This document shows, piece by piece, positions 32,755-48,265 of a DNA stretch of 64,000 bases (position 1 is the stretch's first letter; the number at the start of each line of letters is the position of its first letter). The notes beneath the pieces were generated by a model, which saw nothing but the letters and a program-made list of their open reading frames with translations, ran no database searches and was not told the origin of the DNA. The position numbers and the translations under genes were made by a program. The DNA is taken from NCBI RefSeq assembly GCF_009914755.1, contig NC_060929.1. One strand, written 5' to 3'. The DNA comes from the human T2T-CHM13v2.0 reference genome, Homo sapiens.

Positions 32755-35319
32755 TAAAAACATCTTTTGAAATTTGATGTCCCTTACACCTGTGTTAACA
32801 AATGTTTAAAGGCAAAACAATGTATTTTGCTTCATACGCTAAAAGCTGAAGACAAGGAAACATTTTTGCTTAACTTTTTAAAGAAATATTAAAATTTTTT
32901 AATATGTAAACAGGATTTAATGGAAAAATACTTTCTAATAACTCAGAAAAAAAATAGACTTTCTTTAAAGACACTATAAACACATTTTTCCACCATTTTT
33001 TTCCTAGAAAACAGGCATAAAAGTGTCACCCAAAAGAGACCACCATATTTAATTCCCTGAACAACAAGGTTCTTAAAAAAATACATACAAAGAGAAAAAA
33101 ATCAATTCATGCCTTTAAGATTTCACATTTTAAAGAAGCAGCTTTATTTGACTTCTTAAATGCATTTTAAAGTTTATGTCATCAATTCTGCTACACAAAG
33201 TGAGAGCATCAATACCTTTGAAGGACTGAGGAGATGCCACCATTTTACTCTAATCTCAGAGTGCTAATGGTATCTTTTAAGCTCTTCGAACACACAAAAT
33301 CTCAAGCAATTTGCTAAATTTGAAGAGTAAAATTTACAGGCAAATAAGAATAATTAGGCTGAATATTTTGTCCCTGTGTGCTATTTTTAAACACTCAAAA
33401 TCATTCATAGTGACTGTCAGAATATGTGAAAACCCTGTCTTTTAGAAAGAAAAATAGTGAATAAATTAACTGAAAATTTGTGATCAATCACATTTTTCCT
33501 TAAAACATGGTGTCAGTTTCCATAGCCACAGACACAATAACAGAAAAATCACCTCAAAAATTATTTAGGCAATATACATGTTTTATGTACTTAAAAAAAA
33601 TTCTCAAGTATATTGTTCCTGGATTGATTAATTCAATGATTCTATCATGTCATCAGAAGCTTTTCTTTTCCCTTTGTCAGCCTCAATATTTTATCTTTGG
33701 TCACTCAAATAGCAACATTAAGAGCTGAATAAAGTGTGCTTATATATTGCACATATTCAAGAGAAATTATTTTTAGAGATCCCTCCACTCCTGGAAGATC
33801 ATATTTCCTTTTTTGCATTGAAAAGTGTGTCTTGCTTTAACATATTCCCACTTATCAACCAATCACTGTCAAGAAAAGTAGATCATTAAAATTGGCTTAG
33901 GCTATTTAACTTTCACTCCCAAGTTGCTTGGACTCTGATAACTGTAAGCAAAGAAGAAAGGTGCTCAATGGAGTAATGCCTACTGAGTAGACAAACAATG
34001 GCATCTGTCAATTAAATAAATTCGTGAGTAATTTTTTGTGTGAATAAATTATTTAAATCATGTATATATTCCTTGAAAATAATTTATAACACATAGGTGC
34101 CTTTTAGAAACGTATTTTATAGAACCCTCCATTATATTCCTTGAACTATTTTGCTAACATCTTTGAGTATTTTCCTAACAGAAAAATACTTTATATTCAT
34201 AAATTTAAAAACTCAAAATTGTAGCACTTATTATATGCCTAGACATGTGTTAGTCAAGATTACAGAATCAAAGGAGAGATGAAATAGGACCAAGTTCAGT
34301 AGGAAACCTTGGTATGCTTGAGAAAACCGATTAAAAACATAAAATAACCATAAACCAGTAGGTCATACGTATGGGAATAACTGGACCAGGAGCTAGATAA
34401 CCTGACCTGTTCTGCCTTCAACAGCAAAAAAATCATCTGGAAAGAAAATGACTGGAAAAATTCTAGGCGTAGATGCAACAATTAACAAGCACTCTCAAGA
34501 TTAACTAAGAACTGTCTCTTGCTGAGAAGCAGTAGGAGCAAAAAACAAACAAATCAATTACTTTTTGTTTGGAAGCTATAGTAAAGGATCTTGAGAAGAG
34601 AGGTATAAAAAGAATAGCAGTCTGTAATATACTAATTGGCAAATAAATGGAGGTCAAACTTGGGGATATACATCAGAGTATAATTAATAATAAGGAAGAA
34701 AAATATTTGCAGGTTGACATTTTCCCTAAAAGCTTAATTTTAATTTCTGGAAAATTTAGTAACTGTAATTTGTCTAGGTGCCACTTTAAGAACAGAATTC
34801 AAATATTTGATGAACTATTGAACTCAGACATGTTATGAAAATAGTTCTGATTTAAAGTACAAAGATTGTCAAATAAATGTACACACACATTTTATATGCT
34901 TCTACATATAAGTATTAAAAGCTAAAGCAAAGAAAAATTACATTAATCTTAACACATTTCTGTAATAGTACAGTTGAATCATAATTTAAATACACAAAGT
35001 GAAAAAGAAAGAATTCTATTTTTAAATTTGAAAATAAGGCCATCTTACTTCTCTGTAAGTAGAGTGATACAGTTTGAGATGTTATTTTCCAAAAAGAAAC
35101 TGAGTTTACATTGGATCCTCCAAGTATTCCTATCTTTTATATTATTATTTTTTAACCAACCACTCTTATATATAGTTAACTTGTCTAAGGCTTTGAACAG
35201 GGCTTTTTATTAGTATGTTAGTTAATCTTAAGCATTAGTCTGTTTTAATAAGCATCTTGTATTATGTGAATTAACTAGCTTTTAAAATCAATTAAGTATA
35301 TAGTACATATGTAGAATAT

Positions 35320-35740
35320 TATGTACCAAGCACCTATTGCAAGACAAATCAAGGTACCCTCAAAGGATTGAAAGAAAGAAAGATTTTGGCTAGAGCATGG
35401 AAAATGAAGGAAGATTTTAGAAAAATTGAGATTAAGAACATAGATAGAAGCCAGTCCATGAAAGAACCTTGTGGGAGATGATAAGGCTTTTGTCCTTTAT
35501 TCTCAAAGGTTTGGAAAACCTTTGGGAGATTTTAAGTTAGGCCAAAACATGATGATATTTTTATTCTTAACACAAAGTTTGGATTCAGTTTGAAGAATGA
35601 AATGTGGACAAATTTAGAACTAGTTAAGACAAGAGGCTAATACACGTCACTGGTCCAGGTCACTGAACTAATAATGCTAGCTTAGTTCAGAGTGGCTGGT
35701 GTACTGATGAAGAAAATGCTAACCAGTTAAGATTTCTAGA
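35320..35740 (-). mobile_element. L2 fragment, interrupted by the following L1
   Basis: ctttattctcaaaggtttggaaaacctttgggagattttaag...gaggctaatacacgtcactggtccagg are L2-like; similar text resumes near 40515. Confidence 0.55.
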
Positions 35741-38700
35741 GGAGGGAAATCCAACAAGGCTGACCAGAAGCAGCCAGTGTATGCCTCTTGCTTGGAGAGG
35801 AACTGAAATAGCAAGTAGATATTGACACATTGGATAGATCATCTAAGAGAGAGAGCACTGGGACTCAACAGAGAAGGGAAGGGAAGCACTGAAAGCAAAG
35901 GAGAGGGAACCAGGCAGCCTGCTTGGCAGCTGGGAGAAGCTCCTGGAGGCCAGGAAAGGGTAAGTGAGGGACCCCCGTGCTCCACATTCCTGCACAGACT
36001 TCCACAAACCTAATCACAGGAAACTCCCTTAATCCTCATGGGCCTCAAGACAGAGAACTGCCTACAGATTGTGCAGAGGTGTTTGTTGTTCCAGAGGGGA
36101 CACTCATGCTGAGTCACCAGGCTTCCAAGCCCTGAGCAGCTGCGACATGCAAGGGAGTTGAGCCCCCGAAGGACTGCCAAGGAGAAAGAGTGGAGGCTGG
36201 GTACTTTCACACATCTCGAAAACAAACCTCACTGCCAATGATGCTTCGGGCTGTTGTGGCACCCAGACACAGAGAAACTGTAAGCCCGTAGCTGCCTTCC
36301 CACACTTCTCCCACTAAGACATGCCCCGTCCTTCCAGGTGGTGGGCCCACGGCTGGCACCAATCTGAAAACAGATCCCCAAAGGACTTTGTGCCCTGAAA
36401 CTGATACTTCTGCTGCTGCAGGAGTAAGAGGAGAGGCCAGAAACTTCCACATGCTCCAAGGACAAATGCCACTTCCACTTCCATGGGCTGCTGTGGGATG
36501 GAGGCACCAGAAAACCACCAGCTCCACAGCTGCCCCAGTAAGCTACTCCTACTGCAAGCAGCCCTGCCATCCCTGGAGGCAGATCCCTAGGGCAGCCACC
36601 ACTGCCCCCACCTAAGCTTTCTTCAGGAGGCCTGGGGAATACTCTGCCCCTATCATAGTGAGCACCTGAATGCACCATAACAAGGGCACCTGAGGACAAG
36701 CCCACCAGCCAAGTCCCATTCCCCCAGGATTTGAGCATGCCATCAAGGGGCCTGGATATCCTCCAGCCCAGTCCACCTCTGCTGGCCCCAAGCCCTCCTC
36801 CCAGAGTCTGAGATCAGGACAAAGTAACCTGCTGATCCAACAGTTGGCACCCCCTGGCATGAGCCACCTGTGTGGACTGACCTGCCCAGCCCATTGCAGC
36901 CACCACTAGTGCCAGCATGAACCACTTGGGTTCCAGTGGGTTGCCCCCACAACTGCTAATAATATCACCCACATCACACCATGGCCAAGGGGACTGAGAA
37001 ACCTCTCACATGCCCAGCTCACTGCTGCCACTACCAGCATCCAAGCAAGCCATCTGGAGGCCCGAGAATTGGCTCACCTAAACCTGTTAACACAAAGCCA
37101 GCATACAGTGTTCTGGGGCTCAAGGACAGGCATGCTCAGAACACTGCTACCACCACTGGTGCCAAAGACTGGCCTACATGACATTCTATTCCCCAGCAAA
37201 ACTTCACCACAGTCTCCACTCATAAATGCTCCCTGAGCAAGCAAGGAAATAACAGATACAACTGATGCTGTTTACCGCCAAAGAAATCATGTAGAGACCA
37301 CACTCCTGCATGTACCCAAAGTTAAAGCCAAAGTGCCCTACCAACCAACAACATATATACATCTTTAGGAAAACAATCCTTCCCTATGAAAGCAAATTCA
37401 AAAGGTTGGAAGAAGTGACTATTACAACAGATGTGCAGACATCAATGTAAGGTCACAGGAAACATGAAAAAATCAAGGAAATATGACATCTCTTCAGGAA
37501 CACTGTAATGCTCCAATAACAGATTCAAACAAAAAATGTTCACAAAATCCTGAATAAATAATTCAAAATAGTAAGCCAAATAAGGATACAGCAACAAAGA
37601 AAACTACCGGCCCATATCTCTGATGAACACAGATGCAAAAATCCTCAACAAAATACTAGCAAACTGAATCCAACAGCACATCAAAAAGATAATATGCCAT
37701 GACAAAGTAGGAATTATACTAGGAATGCCAAAATGGTTCACAATATACAAATCAATAAATGTGATACTTCACATTAACAGAACAAAGGGCAAAAACCGTA
37801 TGATCACCTCAATAGATCTAGAAAAAAATGGAAAAAAAATCAATATCCCTTCATGATAAAAACTCTCAACAAAATAGAAGTAGAAGAAACATACCTCAAA
37901 ATAATAAAGACTGGCCATAACAAACACACAGCTATAATTACATTGAATGGGGAAAAGCTGAAAGCCTTTCTTTTAAGCTCTGGAACAAGATAAAGTTGTC
38001 CACTTTTACCATTCCTATTCAATATGTACTGGAAATCCTAGCCACAGCAATCAGGCAATAGAAAGATATAAAAGTCATCCAAATTGGAAAAGAAGAAGTT
38101 GAATTATTCATCCTTGCTGGTGATATAATCTTACATCTAGAAAAACCTAAAAACTCTACCACAAAACCCCTAGTTTTGATAAAGAAATTCAGTAAAGTTG
38201 CAGTGTACAAAATCAACATAAAAAATCATAAGCATTTCTATACTTCAATAATGAACTACCTGGGAAAGAAATCAAGAAGGCAATATCATTAACAATAACT
38301 ATAAAAAATTAAAATAGCTAGGAATAAATTTAACAAAGGGAGTGAAAGATTTCTACAAGGAAAACTACAAAACACTAATGCAAAAAATTGAAGAGAAAAC
38401 AAACATGGAAAGACATTGCATGCTCATGAATTGAAAAAAAAATAGTATTGTTAAAATGATAATCCTGCTCAAAGCAATCTACAGATTCCATGCAATCTCT
38501 ATCAAATTATCAACATCATTTTTCACAGAATTAAAAAAAATCCTAAAATTTGTATAAAACTACAAAAGACACCAAATAGTCAAAGCAATACTGAGCAAAA
38601 TATATGAAGCTATAGGCATCACACTACCTGACAAAATATATTATAAAGCTATAATAATCAAAACAGCTTCACATTGGTATAAAAACAGAATGTAGACTAA

Positions 38701-40505
38701 TGGAACAGAATAAAGAGTCCAGAAATAGATCCAAGTATTTACGTCCAACTGATTTTTGACAAATATGCCAAGAACAATTCTGAGGACAGGAAATCCTCTT
38801 CAATAAATGGTATTGGGAATTACCCATAAGCAGAAGAATGAAAATGGACTCCTATCTCTCCCCATACATAAAATTCAATTCAATATATATTGAAGACTTA
38901 CACATAAGAACTGAAACTATAAAATTATTAGAAAAAGAAATACAAGAAAAATACTTCAAGACATCAGTCTAGATAAATATTTTATGACTAAGACCTCAAA
39001 AGCACAGACAACTAACTGTAACACAAATAGACATATGGAACTATAAGAAACCAAAAAGCTTCTACACAGCAGAGAGAAACAGAATGAAGAGACAACCTGT
39101 TAAAAGGGAGGAAATATTTGCAAACTATTCATCTGACAAAGGACTAATATCCAGAATACATGAGGAACTCAAACAATTCAGCAATAAAACAGACACAAAT
39201 AATTCAAAAGTGGGCAAAGAGCATAAATAGACATTTCTTAAAAGAAGACATACAAATGGCTGATAAGTATTTGAAAAATGGTTCGACATCATTAATAATC
39301 AGGGAAATGCGACTCAAAACCAAAATGATGTATCATTTTACACCAGTAAGAATGGCTATTATTGAAAAGACAAAAAACAAACAAACAAACAGAAAAAAAA
39401 ACAGATGCTAACGAGGCTGGGGAGAAAAGGGAACTCATACACTTAGTGGGAATGTAAATTACTACAGCCACTATGGAAAACAGTATGGAGATTTCTCAAA
39501 AAACTAAAAATAAAACTACTGTTTGATCCAGCAATCCTACTACTAGGTTTTTATCCAAGGGAAATTAAATCTGTATACCAAGGGGACACCTGCACTTGCA
39601 TGTTTATTGTGGCATTATTCACCATTGCAAAAAAACAGAATCAAACTAAATGGATGAATGGATAAAGAACATGTGGTTCATACACACAATGGAATACTAT
39701 TCTGCCATAAAAATGAATAAAATCATGTCATTCGCAGCAGCATGGATGGAACCAGAGGTCATTATGTTAAGTGAGAAAAGCTAGGCACAGAAAGAGAGAC
39801 ACCACATGTTGTCACTCACATGTGGGAGTCACAAACAATCTCATGGAGACGGAGAATAGAAAGATAGATGCAAGATGCTGTGAAGGGTTTGTGTCTGGGA
39901 GGGAGGATAAAGAGAGACTGATTATTGGGTGCAAACATACACTTAAATACAAAAAAAAAGCCCAATATTCCATAGCAGAGTAGAGTGACTGTATTTTTCA
40001 ACAATGTAATGTATATTTCAAAGTAGCTAGAAGAGAGGACTTGAAATGTTTCTAACACAAAGAAATGACATATTCTCATTGTGATGATACATTACATACC
40101 CTGACTTGATCATTACACATTCCATTGTAATTTTTTTGAGACAGGGTCTCACTCTGTCATCCAGGCTGGAGTGCAGTAGCTAATGCCTCAACCTCCTAGG
40201 CTCAAACCGTCCTCCCACCTCAGCCTTATGAATAGCTGGGACTACAGGCATGTGCCACTATGGTTGACTAATTTTTTTTTTTTTTTTTTTTTTAGAGATG
40301 AGCTCTCATTATATTGCCCAGGCCAGTCTCAAAATCCTGGGCTCAAGTGATCCTGCCACCTCAGCCTCCCAAAGTTCTGGGATTACAGACGTGAGCCGCT
40401 GTACCTAGTCACATTCTATTATTGTAACAAATACATGTACCCCATAAGTATGTAAAATAGTTTCTACCAATAATAAATAAGTAAATGAAAAAGTAAATAA
40501 ATATA
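35741..40505 (+). mobile_element. L1MA4/5-type LINE-1 retaining its 5' UTR, with a large internal deletion (ORF1 N-terminus joined to ORF2 just upstream of RT)
   Basis: GC-richer 5' UTR (caacaaggctgaccagaagcagccagtgt...), ORF1 start near 37431, junction near 37574 into aaagaaaactaccggcccatatctctgatgaac, and L1MA 3' UTR (gctagaagagaggacttgaaatgtt...cataccctgacttgatcattacac). Confidence 0.85.
40131..40410 (-). mobile_element. AluJ nested in the L1MA 3' UTR
   Basis: gagacagggtctcactctg...cctgggctcaagtgatcc; flanking cacattc(c/t)att repeats. Confidence 0.9.
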
Positions 40506-43329
40506 AATAGTTCTGTTTAGCAGGTAAACAGAAATTCAAATTTGATTTGGCTGAATTATTAAAGACAGGGTATTAGTTTATAAATTACCACCAGAGGCAT
40601 CATGGGACCTTACTGAAGGCAACAAGCAGATCTCAAGGTACAACTTCCTAAATTTTTCCTACTGGCTGTCTCCATGCTGAATCATAGATAGGTGTATGAT
40701 GTGCCCCCAGAGTGAACACGTGGGTTTCCATTTTGGCTCATACAGCAACCAATAATACCAATGACAGATTCTTCAGATTCTTTTAATCCTACAGTTCTTC
40801 CATCCACAATTGTATATGCAAAATAAACTGGCTTCTCTTGTGTAGAAAAACTTACATATTACAGTGTACGTATTGGTTCAAGAAAATAGAATAGCCATTG
40901 ACAGCAACAGAGTTTATAAAAGTTTGGTAGAGTCACTAGCTCAACAAGGTCGCCAATGACGCAGGTTCTCCATACCCTGTCATGAACAGTGCCAGCTTTA
41001 CTCTAAAATGAGCCTTCCTGGTGGAATAGGATGGCTTCCAGCACAGTGAGGGCCAAGTGTGTCCTCATTTGCATCCGGCTTGAGAGAGAGCAAGGCGACA
41101 ACCATACACAAGTTGTCATGAGCCTGACTCTTATTGAACCTGTTGAACTAAGTGTTTCAAAACTGTATAGCAAAGATCTGCAACTCCCCTCTCTCTGACA
41201 TTCCTTCCTGGGCATCTGGATTCCAATAGTTTATTCCTTTAAACACCTCACTTTCTATGCCAGATTTCCAGTTTAATTCTGTCAGTTTTTGCTAACACTT
41301 ACTAAAGAAATGTTTTATCTCTCATTTGACAAACAACACATGTATCATATCTTTTTAAAGCTGGAGAGAGAAGGGCTGAATGGTACCCTAAATTCCTAAC
41401 AGTAAAAACTCACTGATGCATCATTTAATTTAGTGGGCAAGGTAATGACAAAGGTGATTTAATGCGTTTGGAAATTCATACTATGCTACATTGCTAATAT
41501 ACTAAAATGTAACAGAAATTTTGTGAAAGTTAATTTATAAAGCTAATATTATTTCACTCACTAATGGAGAAATATTGTTTTCAGGTTATAACTTTTTTAA
41601 GGCTAGAATAACTGATTATGAATAATAATGTGTTTTTTTCCTCTTACTACTTATAGTGCAATAACATTATTTAATTTTACATGTTAATATCTTTGGTCTT
41701 TGGTCCTGAACCCAAACATACCAGAATGGACTTATAATAGGTACAGGTAAATCCACTGTGTACAAATACAGAATCAGTTGCTATTCCAGAAGTTACTGAA
41801 ATTCAAGACAAAATGTGTTAATGTATTAGAATGCAATAAACTGAAGGACTTTTTCCTCATTCTTAAAACTCATATTTTTCTTCTGATAAATATAGATCAC
41901 ATATATTACTACAGGCTGCCAAAAACTATTTCATTGTAAATATTTATGCAGTTTTTTTTGGTTTGGTTAATGATGAATGGCTTGAAATGCTACCATTAAC
42001 TGAAGAAGCAGTGTCATAACTCAAGCATAGTGGACGTATATAACAAAAGTAGTTGTGATAAGTAAAATCATATAGTTTGTAGAGTTGGATGAAATATAAA
42101 CTTTTGGTTCAGATGAATATAAAAGAGTATGAATTAGGGTGTAAATCTCCAAAAATGACCACTAATAAAACTTCTAAAAACTAAGAGAACATCATTTCAC
42201 CAATGTTTATACTTGAACATTTATTGCATGCATTTTGGTATTTAATTCTATTGAGTTGTGTCTCTTTATATGAGCCAATAATCTTTTCTAAATTTAAAAA
42301 TAAAATCAATAGAAACATAATTTTGAAAATTGTGTTATGCTTTTTGAGAATTATACAATATTTGATACAAAATTACTTGTATTGGGTTTCTACTTCAAGC
42401 TAAGAAAATTGTCTTTAGAAATTGCATTTATTTTCCTAGGTCATAAAGTATAATGCCTTATATATGCCTATGGCTTGATGAATAATTTCTGCTTAAAGTA
42501 ATTTGAAAAGCTAGTGAAATACAATGCAGTGAATGTTGTATTCCATCCAATAGAGTCAACTATTGTTTCATAGGTTTGCCTGTTTTTAATATTATACTGG
42601 AACTAAAACAACTACTTAACATTATAATAGAAAATACTATATAGTAACTGAGAAACACAAATAGTTGTCCCGATACTAGCAAAAAATAAGTTATGGAGAG
42701 TTGCAGAATTGTAGTAAGAAACTTAATACAGTCCTGGGAAAATATATAAACTACTTTTCTGCATTTTAAGAAACAAAACTGCCAAGATGTTGCAAGATAT
42801 AAATGGTGGAAAGAGATCATGTTCTAGAACGAATAGTTTTGTGGTAAAATTAAAGTTCAGTTACTCTGTGTACTGGGAAGAAAGGAAAGTATGATATGGT
42901 CAGTAGATGGGGAAATGGCACGCTTTCTATTTATTTATATTAATACCTAGAAAACAAATGATAGTGTCCAAAATTTCCACATCACAAGTACTTAAGTTCC
43001 TCTGGATCACCCAAGTCACGTTCCAAGTTACGTATTGGACAAGAAATAAGCAGGTTGTTCACACGATTAAATGACTCATTAACTTGGGATAATATAAAAT
43101 AATGATATCTGTGAAATAAGAGAAAGATTACTAAAGCCAATGTTAACCAACCTGTGCTTAAGGTGCTAGGTCTTTGATTTATCTCCTGTGCAATTCTAAT
43201 TCTTCTGGTCCTAATTTATTTCCTTAACAATGAATTAGGGATAATAAAACCCTCCCAGAGATGACTGTGAGAGTCTACTGGCCAAATATGTTTGAAAGGT
43301 ATAGTAAATTATGAAGCTTCACTGCAACT

Positions 43330-43646
43330 TTTTATTTATCTATTTATTTGTTTATTTATTTGAGATTGAGTCTCTTTCTGTTGCTTTGGCCAGAGTGCAA
43401 AGGTTTCATCAGTTCACTGCAGCCTCAAACTGCTGGGCTCACATGATCCTTCTGCCTCAGCCTTCCAAGTAATTAGAATTACTGGCATGCTCCATCATGC
43501 CCAGCCAATTTTTTATTTTTTATTTTTGTAGAGACAAGGTCTCTCTATTTTACCTAGGCTGGTTTCAAACCCCTGGTTTCAAGCAATCCTCCTGCCTTGG
43601 CCTCCCAAAGTACTAGCATTACAGGCATGAACCACCATGGCTGGTC
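43330..43646 (-). mobile_element. AluJ with a (TTTA)n tail
   Basis: cactgcagcctcaaactgctgggctc, gtagagacaaggtctc; highly diverged. Confidence 0.9.
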
Positions 43647-45508
43647 CTCTCAAACATTAAAAATGTGAATTTAACTCTAATTTCAATGCTAAGGCAATAT
43701 TGGAAGGTAGTTTAGGCGTATTCTGAACAAAGAAAAAGAAAGGAGGGTAAACTTGTAGAGGGTCTGAGATATAGAAGACTTTTGAGTTAATAGACTTCAA
43801 AAGTGGCAAAATCATTACCCTTAAGCTACATTTAAAAAATTAATCAACCTCCACTGGGGACTTTTCAGCATATTTCATACTAATTATTTCTTCTGAAAGC
43901 CTTCACATAGGCAAATTTCTTTGTCCCTTTTAAATTATTTATTCTCAAAGGTTCTTTTGTTATAACTCTCTCTGAGAGAAATTCCTCCAAAGAATGGAGT
44001 CAACACAAAATGCCTTTTTTAACATATGTGTAATAGGATTTTATCTAATATAGAATTAGATACTATTTTCAACATATACTTGTCACAGTATTTTATGCTT
44101 ATCATTTTATGTAATATAACAAATACAAAAAAAAAACTACTATGTACTTTCATAATAGAATTAATTATTTTGAGTAGGCATATATGTTAAAAACTACACG
44201 CATTTTCTTAAAACTAAGTTTATTACAATTACTAAATCTGTGTCTATTTTTACAATATGTGAATAATGATGTAGCTGCATCATGTTAAATTAGTCATCTC
44301 ATACCATTTTAGCAATTCCTGTAATTGTTCTGTGATTTTGAAAATGTTTTAATAAGAATGCACACATAACATAAAGCTCATTTTTATGTAAACAGGGTAA
44401 TTAATACAGAAATCTCAAACTCTCTTTACTGTCAAGATCAATATGCTTATAACATAAAAATCCTGGCTTACTGCCTTGAACAACTTAGAAAACATTAGGC
44501 AATTGGCTTTCAGCACAATAAATATATGTATACACCATGTAGATGAGATTCAAGAAATATTATACTGTATAAGAAGTGCTGGAGGATATGACACTGAGTT
44601 GCCTATTTTTTTCTCTCTGTGATAATAAAGAAAACAAATTACGACAATGTTTGAATTAAAAAAGGCAATTAATCTTAGTATAAGAGAATAAAAATTCTTG
44701 TAGTTGATCACAATTGCAATCTATTCTATCTTTCTCTTGGGGAAACATGTCATTTTTATATATGCTCATCAAACTTTAATTGGAATAAAAGTGTACTTAT
44801 TGACTCTCCTCCCTCAGAATATTTGAAAATATTATACACATCTCCAAATACAAAGCTGTAATTAGTTAAAAATTATGCCTTTGATCTGTAAACGTTTCAC
44901 TTTCAAAATCTCAAAAGTGTCAATATTACTATATTTAGAAAATATTTTTAAAATCATGTAAATAGGTAGTGTTTGTTAATGAAACAAATATAAGTTTACA
45001 TTTCATTTTATTCTATTTCAATCTTCGGGTTGGTCATTTAATGGCCTTTTCCAATACGAACATTTTTGTTTTTCTGGGACATTTTATTTATTTATTTTTC
45101 TTTAATGCTTTATTCCTATGCGATTTCTCCATTTTCTATTATTGAGTCTCTTACTATTCAGATGGTGGGTGTCCTGAATAATTGTCCACCTATTTTCTTT
45201 CTGAGTAAAGTTTGGTCAAAATTTTAACAAAACCTCTTCCTGTGGAGACTATAATACTCTATATCATGGTTCTTAGTTTTGGATGCATAATGAATTTAGG
45301 GAACTCAACTTTCAGTGTGTAAATTTTTACTTTATTCTCTTGCTTTTATTTTGAAAACTTATCCTTAAATATATCTGGTTTTCTCTACTAACAGACACCA
45401 AAGGAAGTTCGGGAAAAAAAAACGAAACTGCCGTCTTAAGTCTAGATTAGGGAGGGACATTCATATGAAAGCATGAAGTCAAGAGGAAAATCAGGAAATT
45501 TAATGGAA

Positions 45509-45962
45509 ATATATATATATATTTCTATAGAGAGAGAAGTTCCTTATAATATATAACAATATTCAAATTTATATAAGTTTTGAGATTGAGTCCCTTTATG
45601 TTGCTTTGGCCGGAGTTCAGGGGTTTCATCATTTCACTGCAGTCTCAATATTATAATACATAATATAATAGAAATATGATATAAAATAATATATATTTAT
45701 AATATATCACATATATTATAAACATGTTTATATATTTATAATATATACTATTTTATTATATATTTATAATATATATTATTTTATTAGATATTTATATATT
45801 TAAAATATATAATATTTTATATATTATAAAATATGTAATATTTTTATAGAATACATATTATATATAGTCTATATATAGAAATATATATTTCTATATGTCT
45901 ACATACATATAGAAAAATATATACATATATTTCTCTTGCTATATATATAGACTTTCCTTATA
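45509..45962. repeat. AT-rich low-complexity (TA)n tract containing a 70-bp Alu-derived insert (45579-45648)
   Basis: Almost exclusively A/T from 45650 to 45950. Confidence 0.9.
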
Positions 45963-46394
45963 AGCCCACTGTCACTTCCCTACCAGAGGCACCCAGTGTC
46001 ACAAGTCCCTGACTGTTACCGGGCCCTGTAGAGATGCACCATGAGTGTTGCATCATGAGGCTTCCTAGCTTTCTTCCTGCCATTTCAAGACTTAGATTTC
46101 TCAGGGCCACTGGTTATGTAATACTTGGCGTATTCGCTTTTCATCTTCAAGATTTTATTAATGATGTCTCCTCTACGAATTACTTGCTAGCTGGGTTGAT
46201 AACATTAATAAAACACTTTATTGGTTTCTTAGGAGGCAGTGAAGGCCAGTATGTGCATATACAACCTGCCATCTTTAACCGGAAGCATCCCTTTATTTGT
46301 AAATGTAGTAAAAACGGAATTTAGTATTAATTTTATATTTCTAAAAAGAAAAGGATTACTTCTAAGTGTTGAGACTGAATCGACCTTGGACTAA

Positions 46395-46718
<324 letters not shown>

Positions 46719-47830
46719 TCGTATTCAAATTTCATAACTAAATCAATCTAATTGCAAATGGTGTGTTGGCACTTCTGAGATGAAAATGAATAAGAGAGTT
46801 CCTCTCAGAGGACCAGCATTATAATTGAGGATATTTAATAACTACTATAAAGTGACTAGGATATTAGGAAGAATTAGGGAAATATCATTAGAAATGAGCA
46901 CACGTAAGTCCAATGGGCTACATAGAATAAGATATACACACAAAAATCCAAAATGACTTAGAAAAGTGTCAATCAAGGTGAATTTTGTGAATGTTAGTTC
47001 ATTTATTGTGGTTAATAAACATGGGGAAGGTCCTATTGCAGATGTCATTTTTGAGAGAACATAAGCAAAGGCATTGGCAAGACAGCATGTGTGGGTTTCA
47101 GGTCACTGAGAAGGTTCCTTTGGTTGAAGTATAGAACACACTTGGAGAAAAGGAAAAACGTTGCTGGTAGAAATTCTCATTTTGGGAGTTCCTTTCTTAC
47201 TGGGCATTGCTGGTCTCATATATTGTGCTTAGACAATTAAACCTTCTAGGCCAAAATAATCTCCCAATTCATGTGTATATTTCTCTAACTGGCATAAATC
47301 AACCAAACAAAACATAAAATTCCACTAGTTACTTTGGGGAACTTTTCACGTGAACATGATTGTTCATCTAAGATGCTAATTATAACCATAGCAGAAATCA
47401 TTCACATTTGGAGATCTCTCCCGCTCTCCCCCATTTCTCCCTCCCTTCTCTGGGAGGACTGTGTAATGTATACAATCTCCCTCTTTTGGTAACTTATTTC
47501 AGGGATGAATATCCAATGGAGTTTTAATCATATAATTAGATGGAATTGCCATGGGTCTGAGTTATTGTTATACTAGATGTAATATCTCCATTGTGGGTGT
47601 TAAATGGGTTTTGCTAGATTTAAGCTTTCTCTCAAACCTGGAATGTAAAGAAAATTAGACTTTTATGATAACTATTTTATATCTGTCTGCAGATAGCTTT
47701 CTCAATTATTTTATTATTTTTCTCATTTTTCTCTTCTAAGGAAACTTTGCTCTGTTACTATATGCATACTGTAGTGCATCTATCTAGCCTAGATAAATAT
47801 TAAAAAATGTCCATAAGAAAAGAAAATGTT

Positions 47831-48265
<435 letters not shown>

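Noticed and set aside
34380-34455. Possible minus-strand acceptor (ttttctttccag) with weak donors
   Set aside because: Short pyrimidine tract and poor donors; within chance expectation.
36010-37181. Cluster of overlapping ORFs up to 169 aa
   Set aside because: They lie in the GC-richer L1MA 5' UTR, where stops are rarer; no recognisable domains.
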